Below, piece by piece: positions 49,967 to 62,354 of a stretch of DNA of 64,000 nucleotides. Origin of the DNA: Pontiella sp. (GTDB lineage Bacteria; Verrucomicrobiota; Kiritimatiellia; Kiritimatiellales; Pontiellaceae); assembly GCA_037132875.1 (NCBI GenBank), contig JBAHZU010000146.1, forward strand, positions 926-64,925. The letters run 5' to 3'. Numbering within the stretch: position 1 is the first letter of the stretch; every line of letters starts with the position of its first letter. The notes beneath the pieces were generated by a model. The model was not told the DNA's origin. It saw only the letters and a program-made list of their open reading frames with translations, and made no database searches. Position numbers and translations under genes: made by a program.

Positions 49967-51640
49967 ATGCTCAGAACATTAAAAATTAAAAATCTCGCGC
50001 TCGTTGATGACGTTCAGGTGGGCTTCAGCGAAGGCCTCAATGTAATTACCGGTGAGACCGGTGCGGGTAAATCCCTCCTGATTGGGGCCTTGCGGCTTCT
50101 GCTCGGAGAGCGCGCCGATAAATCCATGATCCGCACGGGCGAAAGCTCCTGTGCCGTGCATGCCGAGTTCGGGCTTGAAAATACCGATCAGGTGGACGCG
50201 ATTCTGGAAGATGTTGGGCTCGAACCGTGCGATGGCGGCCTGTTGCTGATTCGGCGCATCATTACCGAATCGTCCAATCGAACCACCGTGAACGACGAGT
50301 CGGTTACGCTGAGCGTGCTTAAACGTTTGGGCGCAGTACTGGTTGATATGCACGGGCCCTATGATCACCAATCGCTGCTGGATCCGAAGGTGCAACTTGA
50401 AATTCTCGATGCATTTGGACAGCTCGATAAGGCCAAAGCGACCTATCTGGTGGAGTACAAAAAGTATGGTGAGGTTCAGAAGCAGATTAATGCGCTGAAT
50501 TCTGATAACGAAGAAGACCTGTTGCGGCAGATTGAATTTCTCGATTATCGGGTGAATGAAATTGAAAGTGCGAACCTGAGTGTGGACGAGGGTGCCGAGG
50601 TGGAAGAGGAGCACAGTGTAATTGCCAACTCGCAACATGTCATTGAACTAGCGAACGGGGTGGTCCAGGCTTTGACCGAAGCGGAAGGGTGCGCGTTCGA
50701 TGGCCTCGTTGCCGCGCAGCAGGCCCTCAATCAATTAATCAAATTATTGCCCGAGGCTCAGGACTGGCACGATGAAATTGAAACGGCGGTCACTTCCATT
50801 CAGGAAGTGGTTCGCTCGGTTGAAGATTCAGCGGCTGGAATTGATGACAGTGCCGAGCGCATGCAATGGCTCGATGACCGCCTCACGACCTATCAAACGC
50901 TTAAAAGAAAATATGGTTCCACGGTGGAAGAGGTGTTGACCAACGGCCAAATGTGGAGTGAACAACTGAAGGAACTCCGCGGCCGGGGTCGCCGGCGCGA
51001 GGAATTACAGCGCGAGCTTGCCACCCTGTTCCAGACCCTGGAAAAAGTAGGTGCGGCACTGCGAAATAAGCGTGAAAACGTGGCCGACCATCTTTCTGAA
51101 TCGATCACTCGCGAGCTGGTCGATATTGGCTTTGAACATGGATTTTTTGATGTGCAGATCACGCCGTGCGATCCAACGCCGTTGGGGATGGATGTGATTG
51201 AATTTGGTTTTGCCCCCAACGCCGGAGAAGATATGCGCCCGCTGCGCATGATTGCTTCATCCGGCGAAATTTCCCGCGTCATGCTGGCCACCAAAGTCGT
51301 ACTGGCGAAGCAGGACCAGATTCCTGTGCTGGTATTCGATGAGATCGATGCGAACATTGGTGGAGAAATTGGCGGAGCCGTCGGGCGTAAATTGGCCCAA
51401 GTGGCCGACTGCCATCAACTGCTTTGCATCACACATCTTCCCCAGGTGGCCGCTTGTGGAGACCGGCATTTGGCGGTTACCAAAAAAGTGGAAGATGGCC
51501 GCACCTTCACCGAGGTGGAATTGTTGGATGATGAAGGGCGGGCCGAAGAACTGGCCCGCATGCTCGGGGGAAAGGGTTCCACCAACGTCACCCTTCAGCA
51601 CGCCAAAGAGATGCTGAATCAAACCACCCTCGATTTCTGA
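49967..51640 (+). CDS. recN: DNA repair protein RecN
   Basis: ITGETGAGKS, HGPYDHQ, ASSGEISR, FDEIDANIGG, CITHLPQVAA. Confidence 0.97.
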   Translation: MLRTLKIKNLALVDDVQVGFSEGLNVITGETGAGKSLLIGALRLLLGERADKSMIRTGESSCAVHAEFGLENTDQVDAILEDVGLEPCDGGLLLIRRIITESSNRTTVNDESVTLSVLKRLGAVLVDMHGPYDHQSLLDPKVQLEILDAFGQLDKAKATYLVEYKKYGEVQKQINALNSDNEEDLLRQIEFLDYRVNEIESANLSVDEGAEVEEEHSVIANSQHVIELANGVVQALTEAEGCAFDGLVAAQQALNQLIKLLPEAQDWHDEIETAVTSIQEVVRSVEDSAAGIDDSAERMQWLDDRLTTYQTLKRKYGSTVEEVLTNGQMWSEQLKELRGRGRRREELQRELATLFQTLEKVGAALRNKRENVADHLSESITRELVDIGFEHGFFDVQITPCDPTPLGMDVIEFGFAPNAGEDMRPLRMIASSGEISRVMLATKVVLAKQDQIPVLVFDEIDANIGGEIGGAVGRKLAQVADCHQLLCITHLPQVAACGDRHLAVTKKVEDGRTFTEVELLDDEGRAEELARMLGGKGSTNVTLQHAKEMLNQTTLDF

Positions 51641-51757
51641 TTTCGAAACTCGAAGACGCGAAATCCACCCTGCGGGACGACATCTGGGGCGTATGACAGC
51701 ACTTGACTCCTTTTTAAACCCGGGCGCTGGATGTCTCCGCGGGTTGGAAAAGAGCCG

Positions 51758-53188
51758 CTACCACCAGGCTTCCATCTGAAGACCGAGAGAGAGGCCCTGC
51801 GTTTCATTGCCGTAGCCGGTTGAAGCAACCGCACCTTTGAATCCGTCCGACCATACCGCATAGGTACAGAACGCGCGGATGGAGGGGCGTGAAAAATAGG
51901 TGGCCGCCGGTTGAAGTTGTGGGGCCAGCGTGAATTTTCCAACCACTCCTTCCAATTCATCTTTCTGGTGGGTGTAGTCTGCTCCAGCTTCGAAGGCGAG
52001 GGAGAAAAAATCATTGAAATGATAGACCGGCCGAATACCGACGGAAATCCAATCGATTGTATTCGCCGTATCGAAGCCATTATCGTAGTGCTCATAAATG
52101 GCCACAAACTGAAGTGAGATGGGCGACCCGGTATCGAGGATAATATCGTCGGTAATACGCAGGCGTTTGGTGTCGTCGACGGGAATGAATGCTTCCGAGG
52201 TGAGATCAACCCCTTGGGGAGCGGTGATCACGGCTCGGAAATTGTCTGCAGCCCCGGTGCCATATTGAATGGTAAATTGATTATCCATGTTGGCATTGAG
52301 TTCGGATTTCAGTATGGCACCTAAAGCCCAACCGAAACTGTCGTCGATGGTATTGGTGATTGTGGATTCATTTTCCAATGTGTCCCCGGCGAAATAGGCG
52401 AGGTCGGCGATCAATTCAAGTTTTCCGAAGGAGAGCGGAATATTATATAATCTAAAATCGAACGTATTTTTATTGAAGTGGTAATCGTTTTGATACGTAA
52501 TTCCGCTGGAGTCCAATTGGTCGATTGATCCGCCCAACCAGGCAAAGGCAAACTTCATTTCATCGCCAATCGCGACATCTTCAATGCCCCCGCCAAATCC
52601 GGCCATATCGCGGAAGAAGAAGTCATTCATATGAATGTTTAGATGTTCATAAAATCGATTTCCGGCCCAGAATTGCGCATCCTTCTGTCCGTTCCATACC
52701 CCGCGTGCTCCGGCATAAATTTCCCGGAGAGAGGTGGTGGTGTCGAAGTTGTTGTTGTCCATCGTAGGGGTGACATAAGCCAGCGTGATTTTGGTGAAGA
52801 AATCGACGTTATTTTCAATGAGCGCTTTGCTTCTGAAGTTTTGTTGAAGCGTGGCTTCCGCGTAGGCTTCGGCTTCGTTACCCAGGCGATATTTAGCCCC
52901 GGCATTGGGGGCTTTAAAGGCTTCCATGGCATCGCCGTTTCCGTTCACGCCGAGGCCCGCTCGGAAATAGCCGTGGAATTCGAAGTCGAGTGTGTTTCGA
53001 TCGGCCAGCATTCCTTGCTGATTGGGGGTTAAATGATCGCCACTCGGTTCACGTTCTAGTGCCTGAATGCGTTGGTTCGACTGTAGCTTATAGGCCTCAA
53101 ATTCCTGCCTAAGCTTATCCGAGGCCTCTTCGGCCGAGGCGATGGTTACAATGGATAGGGCAAACATACTTGCGAGTACACGGTTCAT
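51758..53188 (-). CDS. LamB/ScrY-family carbohydrate porin
   Basis: N-terminal coiled coil, FEFHGYFRAG, YRLGNE, WAGNRFY, KFTLAP, SRPSIRAF, terminal MEAWW. Confidence 0.92.
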   Translation of the reverse strand: MNRVLASMFALSIVTIASAEEASDKLRQEFEAYKLQSNQRIQALEREPSGDHLTPNQQGMLADRNTLDFEFHGYFRAGLGVNGNGDAMEAFKAPNAGAKYRLGNEAEAYAEATLQQNFRSKALIENNVDFFTKITLAYVTPTMDNNNFDTTTSLREIYAGARGVWNGQKDAQFWAGNRFYEHLNIHMNDFFFRDMAGFGGGIEDVAIGDEMKFAFAWLGGSIDQLDSSGITYQNDYHFNKNTFDFRLYNIPLSFGKLELIADLAYFAGDTLENESTITNTIDDSFGWALGAILKSELNANMDNQFTIQYGTGAADNFRAVITAPQGVDLTSEAFIPVDDTKRLRITDDIILDTGSPISLQFVAIYEHYDNGFDTANTIDWISVGIRPVYHFNDFFSLAFEAGADYTHQKDELEGVVGKFTLAPQLQPAATYFSRPSIRAFCTYAVWSDGFKGAVASTGYGNETQGLSLGLQMEAWW

Positions 53189-53338
53189 ATGGCTCTCCTG
53201 TTGATTGGGGTCAATATAGAGCGGAAGATCGTGTTTGCAAGAAGAGGATGGAAGTTTGCAGATGCCGATGCCCGCCGATTCCTTTGTTCCGAGGAGAGGT
53301 GTCGCGTACCGGAGATGACTCTCTGACAGGCGTTTGGG

Positions 53339-55105
53339 CTAATCAGTCCGGATGCTTGGGGCGTGCAAAAGTAATTCGTATAGCTGCCGATAGTAGCCGT
53401 CGTTGGCCATCAGTTCATTGTGCGTACCTTGATCCACCAGCTCGCCATGCCGCATCACCAGAATGCGGTCCGCATTCCGGATGGTGGAAAGTCGATGGGC
53501 AATCACAATGGAGGTCCGGTTCGACATCAATTTCGCGAGGGCATCCTGAATGAGCATCTCCGTGGCGGTATCGACGCTGGCGGTGGCTTCGTCGAGCACG
53601 AATAAAAGTGCAGGATCCTGGGCCAGAGCACGGGCCATCACGAGCAATTGCTTCTGGCCCAGCGAAAGGCCCGCTCCGCGTTCATTCATGATCGTATCGT
53701 AGCCATCCGGCATGGCCTCAACAAACGTGTGTGCATTCACGGTTTGGGCGGCCCGTATAATATCGGATCGTTCCAGCCCCGGTGTGCCCAAGCTGATGTT
53801 ATCCGCAACCGATCCGGTGAAGATGAAGGGTTCTTGGAACACATAGCCGAGCCGTTTGCGCAGATCATATTTTGCAAAGTTTTTGATGTCGATTCCGTCA
53901 ATGGTCACTGAGCCCTGCTGAACATCATAAAATCGGCCGATGAGATTGATGATGGTGCTTTTGCCCGCTCCCGTTGCGCCCACCACGGCCAGCACCTGGC
54001 CGGGTTCCACATTAAATGAGAGGTTTTTAATGACCGGATGGTCTTTTACATAAGAAAAACTTACGTTGTTGAAGGCAATGGCTCCAGCAATACGGTCGGG
54101 CGTTTCGGGCGTTTCGGGATCGTTAATCAGTTCCTCGGTATCGAGCAGGTCGAAGACGCGCTCAATGGAAGCCATGGCCACTTGGAAGGACCCAATCTTG
54201 TCAGATAATGAGCCTAAGGGTTGGAAGAATCCCTTTAAATAGGCCAGAAAAGCAATCAGCGTGCCGAGGGTCAGCAGATCTGGGCTTTGCATCATCAGCG
54301 TGCCTCCAATGGCCAAGGTGATCAGCTGGGCCACGACCTGCCCGGATTCCATGGTTGGGAAATACAAGCTGAACCACTTGACCTCGTCATAGTAGGCGGA
54401 GCGGAGATGTTTGTTGCGAATTTTGAAGTCTTCCACCGCCTGGCCTTCTCGGTTAAAGAGCTGGATCGTGGTCATGCCCGTGAGATCTTCTTGAATGAGC
54501 GCATTCAAATTCGATTGCCGGTCGCGGATATCGCGGTTGGCATTGCGTAGTTTGATGTTCACAAAATACAGGAGCACAAAAAGGAAGGGGAGGGTGGCGA
54601 AAATGGAAATGGATAGCCGCGGGCTAAACCAGATCATATAGCCCATAATCCCCATGATCATGAATAGGTCGGCAATCGACCCCACCACGCCTTCAGTCAC
54701 AAAATTTTGCAGGCGTTCAATGTCGGAGGTCACCCGACTCATCAGCGTTCCGATGGCCGTTTTGTCAAAATAGCCCTGATGCAACCGCAATACTTTTCGG
54801 AATACGGAAAGTCGCAGGTCGTAAATAATTTTTTGGCCAATCCACGCGGTCAGCAGCGTCTGCAGATAGCGGATCAGATAGCCCACCGCGGCAATGCTAA
54901 TGTAGATGATGCCCAAATGAATCAGCAGGTCCATGCGATCGCTCATGGGCGAAGCAGGATTCCTCAGCACATCATCTGTAATGCGTTGCAACAAGACCGG
55001 GAGGTAGTTAATCGACAAGGTCGTAAGCATGATCAAGATGAATGCAAGGGTCAGCCAACCGGAATACGGTTTGGCATAGGAAAGAAAACGGCGGCCCTTA
55101 TTCAT
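53339..55105 (-). CDS. ABC exporter half-transporter (TMD-NBD)
   Basis: GATGAGKS, LSLGQKQ, LDEATASVD, IAHRLST. Confidence 0.95.
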   Translation of the reverse strand: MNKGRRFLSYAKPYSGWLTLAFILIMLTTLSINYLPVLLQRITDDVLRNPASPMSDRMDLLIHLGIIYISIAAVGYLIRYLQTLLTAWIGQKIIYDLRLSVFRKVLRLHQGYFDKTAIGTLMSRVTSDIERLQNFVTEGVVGSIADLFMIMGIMGYMIWFSPRLSISIFATLPFLFVLLYFVNIKLRNANRDIRDRQSNLNALIQEDLTGMTTIQLFNREGQAVEDFKIRNKHLRSAYYDEVKWFSLYFPTMESGQVVAQLITLAIGGTLMMQSPDLLTLGTLIAFLAYLKGFFQPLGSLSDKIGSFQVAMASIERVFDLLDTEELINDPETPETPDRIAGAIAFNNVSFSYVKDHPVIKNLSFNVEPGQVLAVVGATGAGKSTIINLIGRFYDVQQGSVTIDGIDIKNFAKYDLRKRLGYVFQEPFIFTGSVADNISLGTPGLERSDIIRAAQTVNAHTFVEAMPDGYDTIMNERGAGLSLGQKQLLVMARALAQDPALLFVLDEATASVDTATEMLIQDALAKLMSNRTSIVIAHRLSTIRNADRILVMRHGELVDQGTHNELMANDGYYRQLYELLLHAPSIRTD

Positions 55106-56916
55106 TATTTGGCCTCCAGTTTCTGTTCCAATTGCTGGAGGGTGTTGAGTTCTGCATAATAGCCCGGCTGCTGAATCAGTTCTTCGTGGGTCCCGCGCTG
55201 GGTAATTTGTCCGTCTTCAATCACAATCAGCGTGTCGGCATAACGCAGCGTGGAGATGCGGTGGCTCACAAAGAGGGTGGTGTGGTTGTGCATAACGGGC
55301 TGGAGTTTTGACATAATGGCCGCCTCCGTCTGTGTATCGACCGACGCAAGGACATCATCAAGAATCAGAATGTCGGGCTTGCGCGCAATGGCCCGGCTAA
55401 TGGAGGTGCGCTGGCGTTGCCCGCCGGAAAGTGTAACGCCGCGTTCGCCCAGCATCGTCTCATATTTTTCAGGGAATCCTTCCACGTCGTGATGCAGGTG
55501 GGCAATGTCGGCCGCCCAGCTGATGGTGGATGCATCCAACTCATCCAAGCCAAAGCCAATATTATGTTCGAGGGTCTTGGAAAATAGCATCGGTTCCTGG
55601 GCCGCATAGCCAATCATGCCCCGCAGTTGGCTGAGCGGAAGATCGCGAAGGTCGATTCCTCCAATTTCAATGGACCCGGCGGTGGGGTCGGAAAGACGTG
55701 CCACCAACGAGGTCAATAGGGTTTTTCCGCTCCCGGTCGGGCCAGTAATGCCCAGTGTCTGGCCGCGCGGCACGTCCAAGTTGATGTTCTGCAGGAAGGT
55801 GCGCCCATCAATTTTGAGTTCCACTCCTTGGAAATGGATCGAGGCTTCCGGACATTTTCCAGGGATTGGAAGATCGGCTTTTTCCTGAATGGTCGGTTCG
55901 CGCTCCAAAATCTCTTTAATACGCAACCAACTCACTTTGCCGCGCTGGAGCATCGAAAGCACCCAACTGATGGCCAGCAGCGGCCATTGCATATAGAGCA
56001 GATAGGCCGAAAATTGGGTCAGCGTTCCCAATGAGAGATCGCCCGAAATCACTTTTTTTCCGCCGACCACCATAATCAGAATGGTGCCGAGGCCAAAGCC
56101 AAAGGACATGAAGGAAAAGAGGAAGTGGCGCGAGGCCGCCACGCGCATATTTTTACCAATGAGGTCGCTGTTTAATTCTTCAAACGCGCGGTTCCGTCGC
56201 GTTTCGAGCGCAAAGCCTTTAATGCAACGGATGCCGGAGAAGGTTTCCTGGGAATAGTTCGAAACCTCTGCAACATGTTCCTGCAGTTCCTGCTGGTAGC
56301 GCCGCATGATGCGCAGAATTAGAAAGAAAACAATCACCATGGGCGTGAACAGGCCGACCACGATGAGCGCTAGCTGGAGGTCGGCCAGCGCCATGACGCT
56401 GGTGGCCATGCAGATAACCAAAATGGTGCGTACGCCCTGCAGAAAGCCTTGGCCAATGGAATCGCGCACCAAATTAATGTCGGAAGAGAGTCGGGTCATC
56501 AGGTCGCCGGTGCGCTTCGAACGATAGAACGCCTGATCCATTTGGGTGAGATGTTGGAACACATCGTTGCGCAGCGTATATTCCACCTTATGAGAGAGCA
56601 TCATCGGAAAATGGCGAAGGTAGCGCGAAAAGAAGATGGAAATCGCTCCGACCACGAAAAAGTAGATCAGATACCAAATAAGTTGCGGCTGCGTTAGGGT
56701 TTCCGTTTCTAGGCCGTCGATGATCCACCGCGTGAAAACAGGCAACATCAGGTTGCAACCCACCGTAATCAGGCCGCAAAGAAGGGTGCTGATAAGGTCC
56801 TTTCGATACGGCAGGAAATAGCGAGTTAATCTGATAGGTGATTTTTCGATGACAAATACTCCGATAAAGCATTTCACGGTATCGGCTTCCAAATCGAATG
56901 CAAGCCCGCTTTCCAA
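55105..56916 (-). CDS. ABC exporter half-transporter (heterodimer partner); start uncertain
   Basis: GPTGSGKT, LSGGQRQR, LDDVLASVD, VSHR; 1-nt overlap with the partner gene. Confidence 0.93.
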   Translation of the reverse strand: MESGLAFDLEADTVKCFIGVFVIEKSPIRLTRYFLPYRKDLISTLLCGLITVGCNLMLPVFTRWIIDGLETETLTQPQLIWYLIYFFVVGAISIFFSRYLRHFPMMLSHKVEYTLRNDVFQHLTQMDQAFYRSKRTGDLMTRLSSDINLVRDSIGQGFLQGVRTILVICMATSVMALADLQLALIVVGLFTPMVIVFFLILRIMRRYQQELQEHVAEVSNYSQETFSGIRCIKGFALETRRNRAFEELNSDLIGKNMRVAASRHFLFSFMSFGFGLGTILIMVVGGKKVISGDLSLGTLTQFSAYLLYMQWPLLAISWVLSMLQRGKVSWLRIKEILEREPTIQEKADLPIPGKCPEASIHFQGVELKIDGRTFLQNINLDVPRGQTLGITGPTGSGKTLLTSLVARLSDPTAGSIEIGGIDLRDLPLSQLRGMIGYAAQEPMLFSKTLEHNIGFGLDELDASTISWAADIAHLHHDVEGFPEKYETMLGERGVTLSGGQRQRTSISRAIARKPDILILDDVLASVDTQTEAAIMSKLQPVMHNHTTLFVSHRISTLRYADTLIVIEDGQITQRGTHEELIQQPGYYAELNTLQQLEQKLEAK

Positions 56917-56941
56917 TGTTTGGAAATACAGGTGGTTCAGT

Positions 56942-56970
56942 TTGACTTTCCATGGGTTGGAAACTATAAA
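56942..56970 (+). promoter_or_regulatory. Sigma70-type promoter whose spacer holds a TTTCCA-N5-TGGAAA palindrome
   Basis: TTGACT-ttccatgggttggaaac-TATAAA (17-nt spacer). Confidence 0.65.
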
Positions 56971-57025
56971 CGCGCACCTTTAGCGAACAGGACTAAAAAG
57001 GTCTGTTTATAGAGCGAGGAAAACC

Positions 57026-57685
57026 ATGTTATTGACCACGAAAAAAAGAACCACCTGCAACGTGCTGGAAATTCGAGAACTTACCGCGGAAACGTGCGTG
57101 GTACGCATTGAACGGATTGATATGGACTTTGAACCGGGTCAATACATTCGCGTGGGTGTCGAAGGCGATCCGGAGATTCGCGACTATTCGGTGTATTCCG
57201 GAGGGACAGCCGATTATCTGGAAGTGCTCGTGCGCCGTGTGGAAGAGGGGCTGGTTTCCAAACAACTTTGCGATCTGAAGGTGGGCGATGCCGTGAGTGT
57301 GGGCGGACCCTATGGCCACTTTAAGCTGCTCGAAGAGGTGCGCGATAAACCGTTGCTGTTGATTGCCACGGGCACCGGAATTTCCCCATTCCACAGTTTT
57401 GTGGAGTCTCATGAAGGGCTTCGTTTTAAACTGATCCACGGTACGGCCCGTGTGGATGAGTCCTATGAGAAAGAGTTTTATGGCGAAAGCTATTTCCACT
57501 GCGTATCCCGCGAAGAGGGGGGCGATTTTAAAGGGCGGGTCACTGACTATCTCAAAACGCTAAAAATCGATCCCGACACCAATGCCTTTCTCTGCGGCAA
57601 TTGCGATATGATCTATGAAGCCTTCGATATGCTGCAGGAAAACGGGCTGCCGACGGCCCAGATCCACACCGAAGTGTATTTCTAA
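57026..57685 (+). CDS. Ferredoxin/flavodoxin-NADP reductase-like FAD-binding oxidoreductase
   Basis: RDYS, GLVS, GPYG, ATGTGISPF, GRV, FLCG, terminal EVYF. Confidence 0.88.
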   Translation: MLLTTKKRTTCNVLEIRELTAETCVVRIERIDMDFEPGQYIRVGVEGDPEIRDYSVYSGGTADYLEVLVRRVEEGLVSKQLCDLKVGDAVSVGGPYGHFKLLEEVRDKPLLLIATGTGISPFHSFVESHEGLRFKLIHGTARVDESYEKEFYGESYFHCVSREEGGDFKGRVTDYLKTLKIDPDTNAFLCGNCDMIYEAFDMLQENGLPTAQIHTEVYF

Positions 57686-57767
57686 CCGGAATTGCTGGAT
57701 GCCTGGATGGATGCACGGCAGCATCTCAACCATCCAATAATCCCAATCCAAAAACCCAAGCAAAATT

Positions 57768-59099
57768 ATGAAATGTTGTGCAGTAACATTGGGGTGCCAG
57801 ATGAACCAGTCGGATTCCGAGCGGATCCGCAGTGTCATCGAGAGCATGGGCTACGAAATGACCGATAATGAAGAGGAGGCCTCTCTAATTGGAGTGGTGG
57901 CCTGCTCGGTTCGGCAGAAAGCCATCGATAAAGTCTACAGTAAAATCCGGAAGTGGAATCAGTGGAAAAATGAAAAGCCGCTGGTCACCTTTGTCTCCGG
58001 CTGCATTCTTCCGGCCGATGAGGAAAAGTTTCTGAAGCTGTTCGATCTGGTCTTTCGGATGAACGAATTGCCAGACCTTCCTAATATGTTGCAGCAATGC
58101 GGCGTGGCCACCGAATTTTCGGTGCGGCATCCGCTCAACGAAATGCACCGCGAAGACGAGCGCACCGATTTCTGGCAAGTGAAGCCTACCTATAGCTCCA
58201 ATTTTGATGCTTTTGTTCCCATTCAAAATGGGTGCGACAAATTCTGCTCCTTCTGCGCCGTGCCTTACACCCGTGGCCGCGAGGTTTCGCGGGCCAGCAA
58301 AGATATCCTAGCCGAGGTTCAGAAGCTGATCGAACAGGACGTCAAAGTCATTACGCTCCTCGGACAAAATGTAAATTCCTATGGACTGGATAAACAGGGC
58401 GAGGAAATTTCCTTTGCCGAATTGCTGCGAGCCGTGGGGGAGCTGGGCAACGAAAGTGGAAAAGAATTCTGGGTCTACTTTACCTCGCCTCATCCACGCG
58501 ATATGACGCGCGATGTGATTGAGGCCATCGCCGACTATACCTGCCTCGCCAAACAGATTCATTTGCCGGTGCAGAGTGGCGACGAAAAATTGCTGCGCCG
58601 CATGAACCGAAACCACAGCATTGATGACTATCTGGCCATTGTCAGCGATATCCGGGAGTTGCTTCCAACCGCCACCATTTTCACCGACATCATTGTCGGC
58701 TTCAGCGGGGAGACCGAGGAGCAGTTTGAAAAAAGTGCCGAGCTGATGGAGAAGGTGAAGTATAATATGGCTTACGTTGCCAAATATTCGCCACGCGTGG
58801 GAGCCCGGTCCTCGCGCTGGGAAGACGACATTACCCCGCAACAAAAAAGTGAACGGTTTGTCAAACTAAGCGATGTATTGAAACGGACTTCGTTGGAATA
58901 TAACGAAGCCATGGTGGGCAAAACCTATCGGGTATTGGTCGAGCGGGTTGATCCGCGCATGGAAGGCGCTGTCGCCTGCCGGACCGAAGGAAAATTGCCC
59001 GTGCGCATTGAGAAAGCGTCGGCCGATTTGGTGGGAACCTTCCAGACGTTGGAAATCACTTCCGCAGCTGCGCTGTCGCTAACGGGCCGGCTAATTTAG
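57768..59099 (+). CDS. miaB: tRNA methylthiotransferase MiaB
   Basis: TLGCQMNQSDSE, CSVRQKA, GCDKFCSFCAVPYTRGRE, GQNVNSY, HLPVQSG, TDIIVGF, TRAM domain. Confidence 0.93.
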   Translation: MKCCAVTLGCQMNQSDSERIRSVIESMGYEMTDNEEEASLIGVVACSVRQKAIDKVYSKIRKWNQWKNEKPLVTFVSGCILPADEEKFLKLFDLVFRMNELPDLPNMLQQCGVATEFSVRHPLNEMHREDERTDFWQVKPTYSSNFDAFVPIQNGCDKFCSFCAVPYTRGREVSRASKDILAEVQKLIEQDVKVITLLGQNVNSYGLDKQGEEISFAELLRAVGELGNESGKEFWVYFTSPHPRDMTRDVIEAIADYTCLAKQIHLPVQSGDEKLLRRMNRNHSIDDYLAIVSDIRELLPTATIFTDIIVGFSGETEEQFEKSAELMEKVKYNMAYVAKYSPRVGARSSRWEDDITPQQKSERFVKLSDVLKRTSLEYNEAMVGKTYRVLVERVDPRMEGAVACRTEGKLPVRIEKASADLVGTFQTLEITSAAALSLTGRLI

Positions 59100-59140
59100 G
59101 ATCGGAAGGCGATTTAGATCAATGGAAATGGGGGTGAGAC

Positions 59141-61407
<2,267 letters not shown>

Positions 61408-61539
61408 AATATAAGCCGGGCGGTTTTTCCTCCCGCGGAGAGCGACGCTTCGTCGTTGCCCTTCGAAGAAGGAAACTCGGACAACGCCGCGCCCGCCCAA
61501 GCGAATCGTCCGAAGTGCAACAAGTAGATTGACCCAAAC

Positions 61540-61570
61540 GAGCCGCACGATCCCACGTGCGGCTCATTTT
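61540..61570 (+). terminator. Probable intrinsic terminator after icd
   Basis: GAGCCGCAC-N8-GTGCGGCTC-ATTTT. Confidence 0.6.
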
Positions 61571-61843
61571 GTTTAAAGATAGGCAACTATTCAACACGCC
61601 GATTTTGAGTTGAATAAGGAGCGATAGCCGAGCTTGAGCTAATTTCTCATTGCGCCAAGTCCCCGCAAGCTGCCATTTTTACGGCAGATAAAGCCAGGAT
61701 GTTTCTGAGTCCCTGATAAATGTTCCGTTTTATCCATAATTTTAAATTATAAAATTATTTTTATGGATAATAGCAAGGCTTAATGATATTGTCTTTGTAT
61801 AGCGTGGATCTTAAACTTGTTCATTTAAGTGCGGTAAGGTAGG

Positions 61844-61936
61844 GCGGAACCCATGCTGAGTTAGCTCCTAAGTTCAAGATCGTAAAAGGGGAATGCCTGC
61901 ATTTATTCCCATGTCAGCTCACCCGTAACGTCAGGA
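61844..61936 (+). other. Degenerate attC-like site (right arm clear, left arm poor)
   Basis: TTCCCATGTCAGCTCACCCGTAACGTCAGG (61906-35) matches the right arm of the attC at 62407-62437. Confidence 0.45.
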
Positions 61937-61958
61937 CATAAGAATTAAAGGATAAAAT

Positions 61959-62354
61959 ATGCTAGAAATAATAATCCTGTGCAGTCTCTATGGAGCACTT
62001 GTTCCAAAGGTTAAAAAGAAAAACAGAAGCAAGTGGTTACCCTTAATTGCTCCAGCCCTTTGGTTGTTGGGTGAGTTTGTTTTAGCATTCATTGTAGGAA
62101 TTATTTTTTATTTTAATGGAATGAGTGCTGAGAACATTGAGTTTTACATGCAAGGCGTAGTCTGGGCGGGAGGAATTATAGGAGCAGGAATTGCATTTCT
62201 GATTATTCATAAGCTCCCCGTTAAATCCTTAAAATGTCCAGAGTGCCAAACCGAATTTAAATTAGTTTCTGAGCTAGGCACAGCGACGTGTACGAATTGT
62301 GATACCAAACTAAAAATCTGGTTTAACAAAGTAAAAAAACTACAGGTTGCCTAA
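61959..62354 (+). CDS. Gene-cassette membrane protein with C-terminal Zn ribbon
   Basis: Three TM segments, CPEC...CTNC; the stop codon lies inside the GCCTAAC inverse core. Confidence 0.75.
   Translation: MLEIIILCSLYGALVPKVKKKNRSKWLPLIAPALWLLGEFVLAFIVGIIFYFNGMSAENIEFYMQGVVWAGGIIGAGIAFLIIHKLPVKSLKCPECQTEFKLVSELGTATCTNCDTKLKIWFNKVKKLQVA

Noticed and set aside
51658-51745. Imperfect long inverted repeat between recN and the porin gene
   Set aside because: Several mismatches and no U tract. At most an ordinary convergent terminator.
57694-57762. GGAT/ATCC short repeats between the reductase gene and miaB
   Set aside because: Irregular period and weak pairing; not distinguishable from chance by eye.
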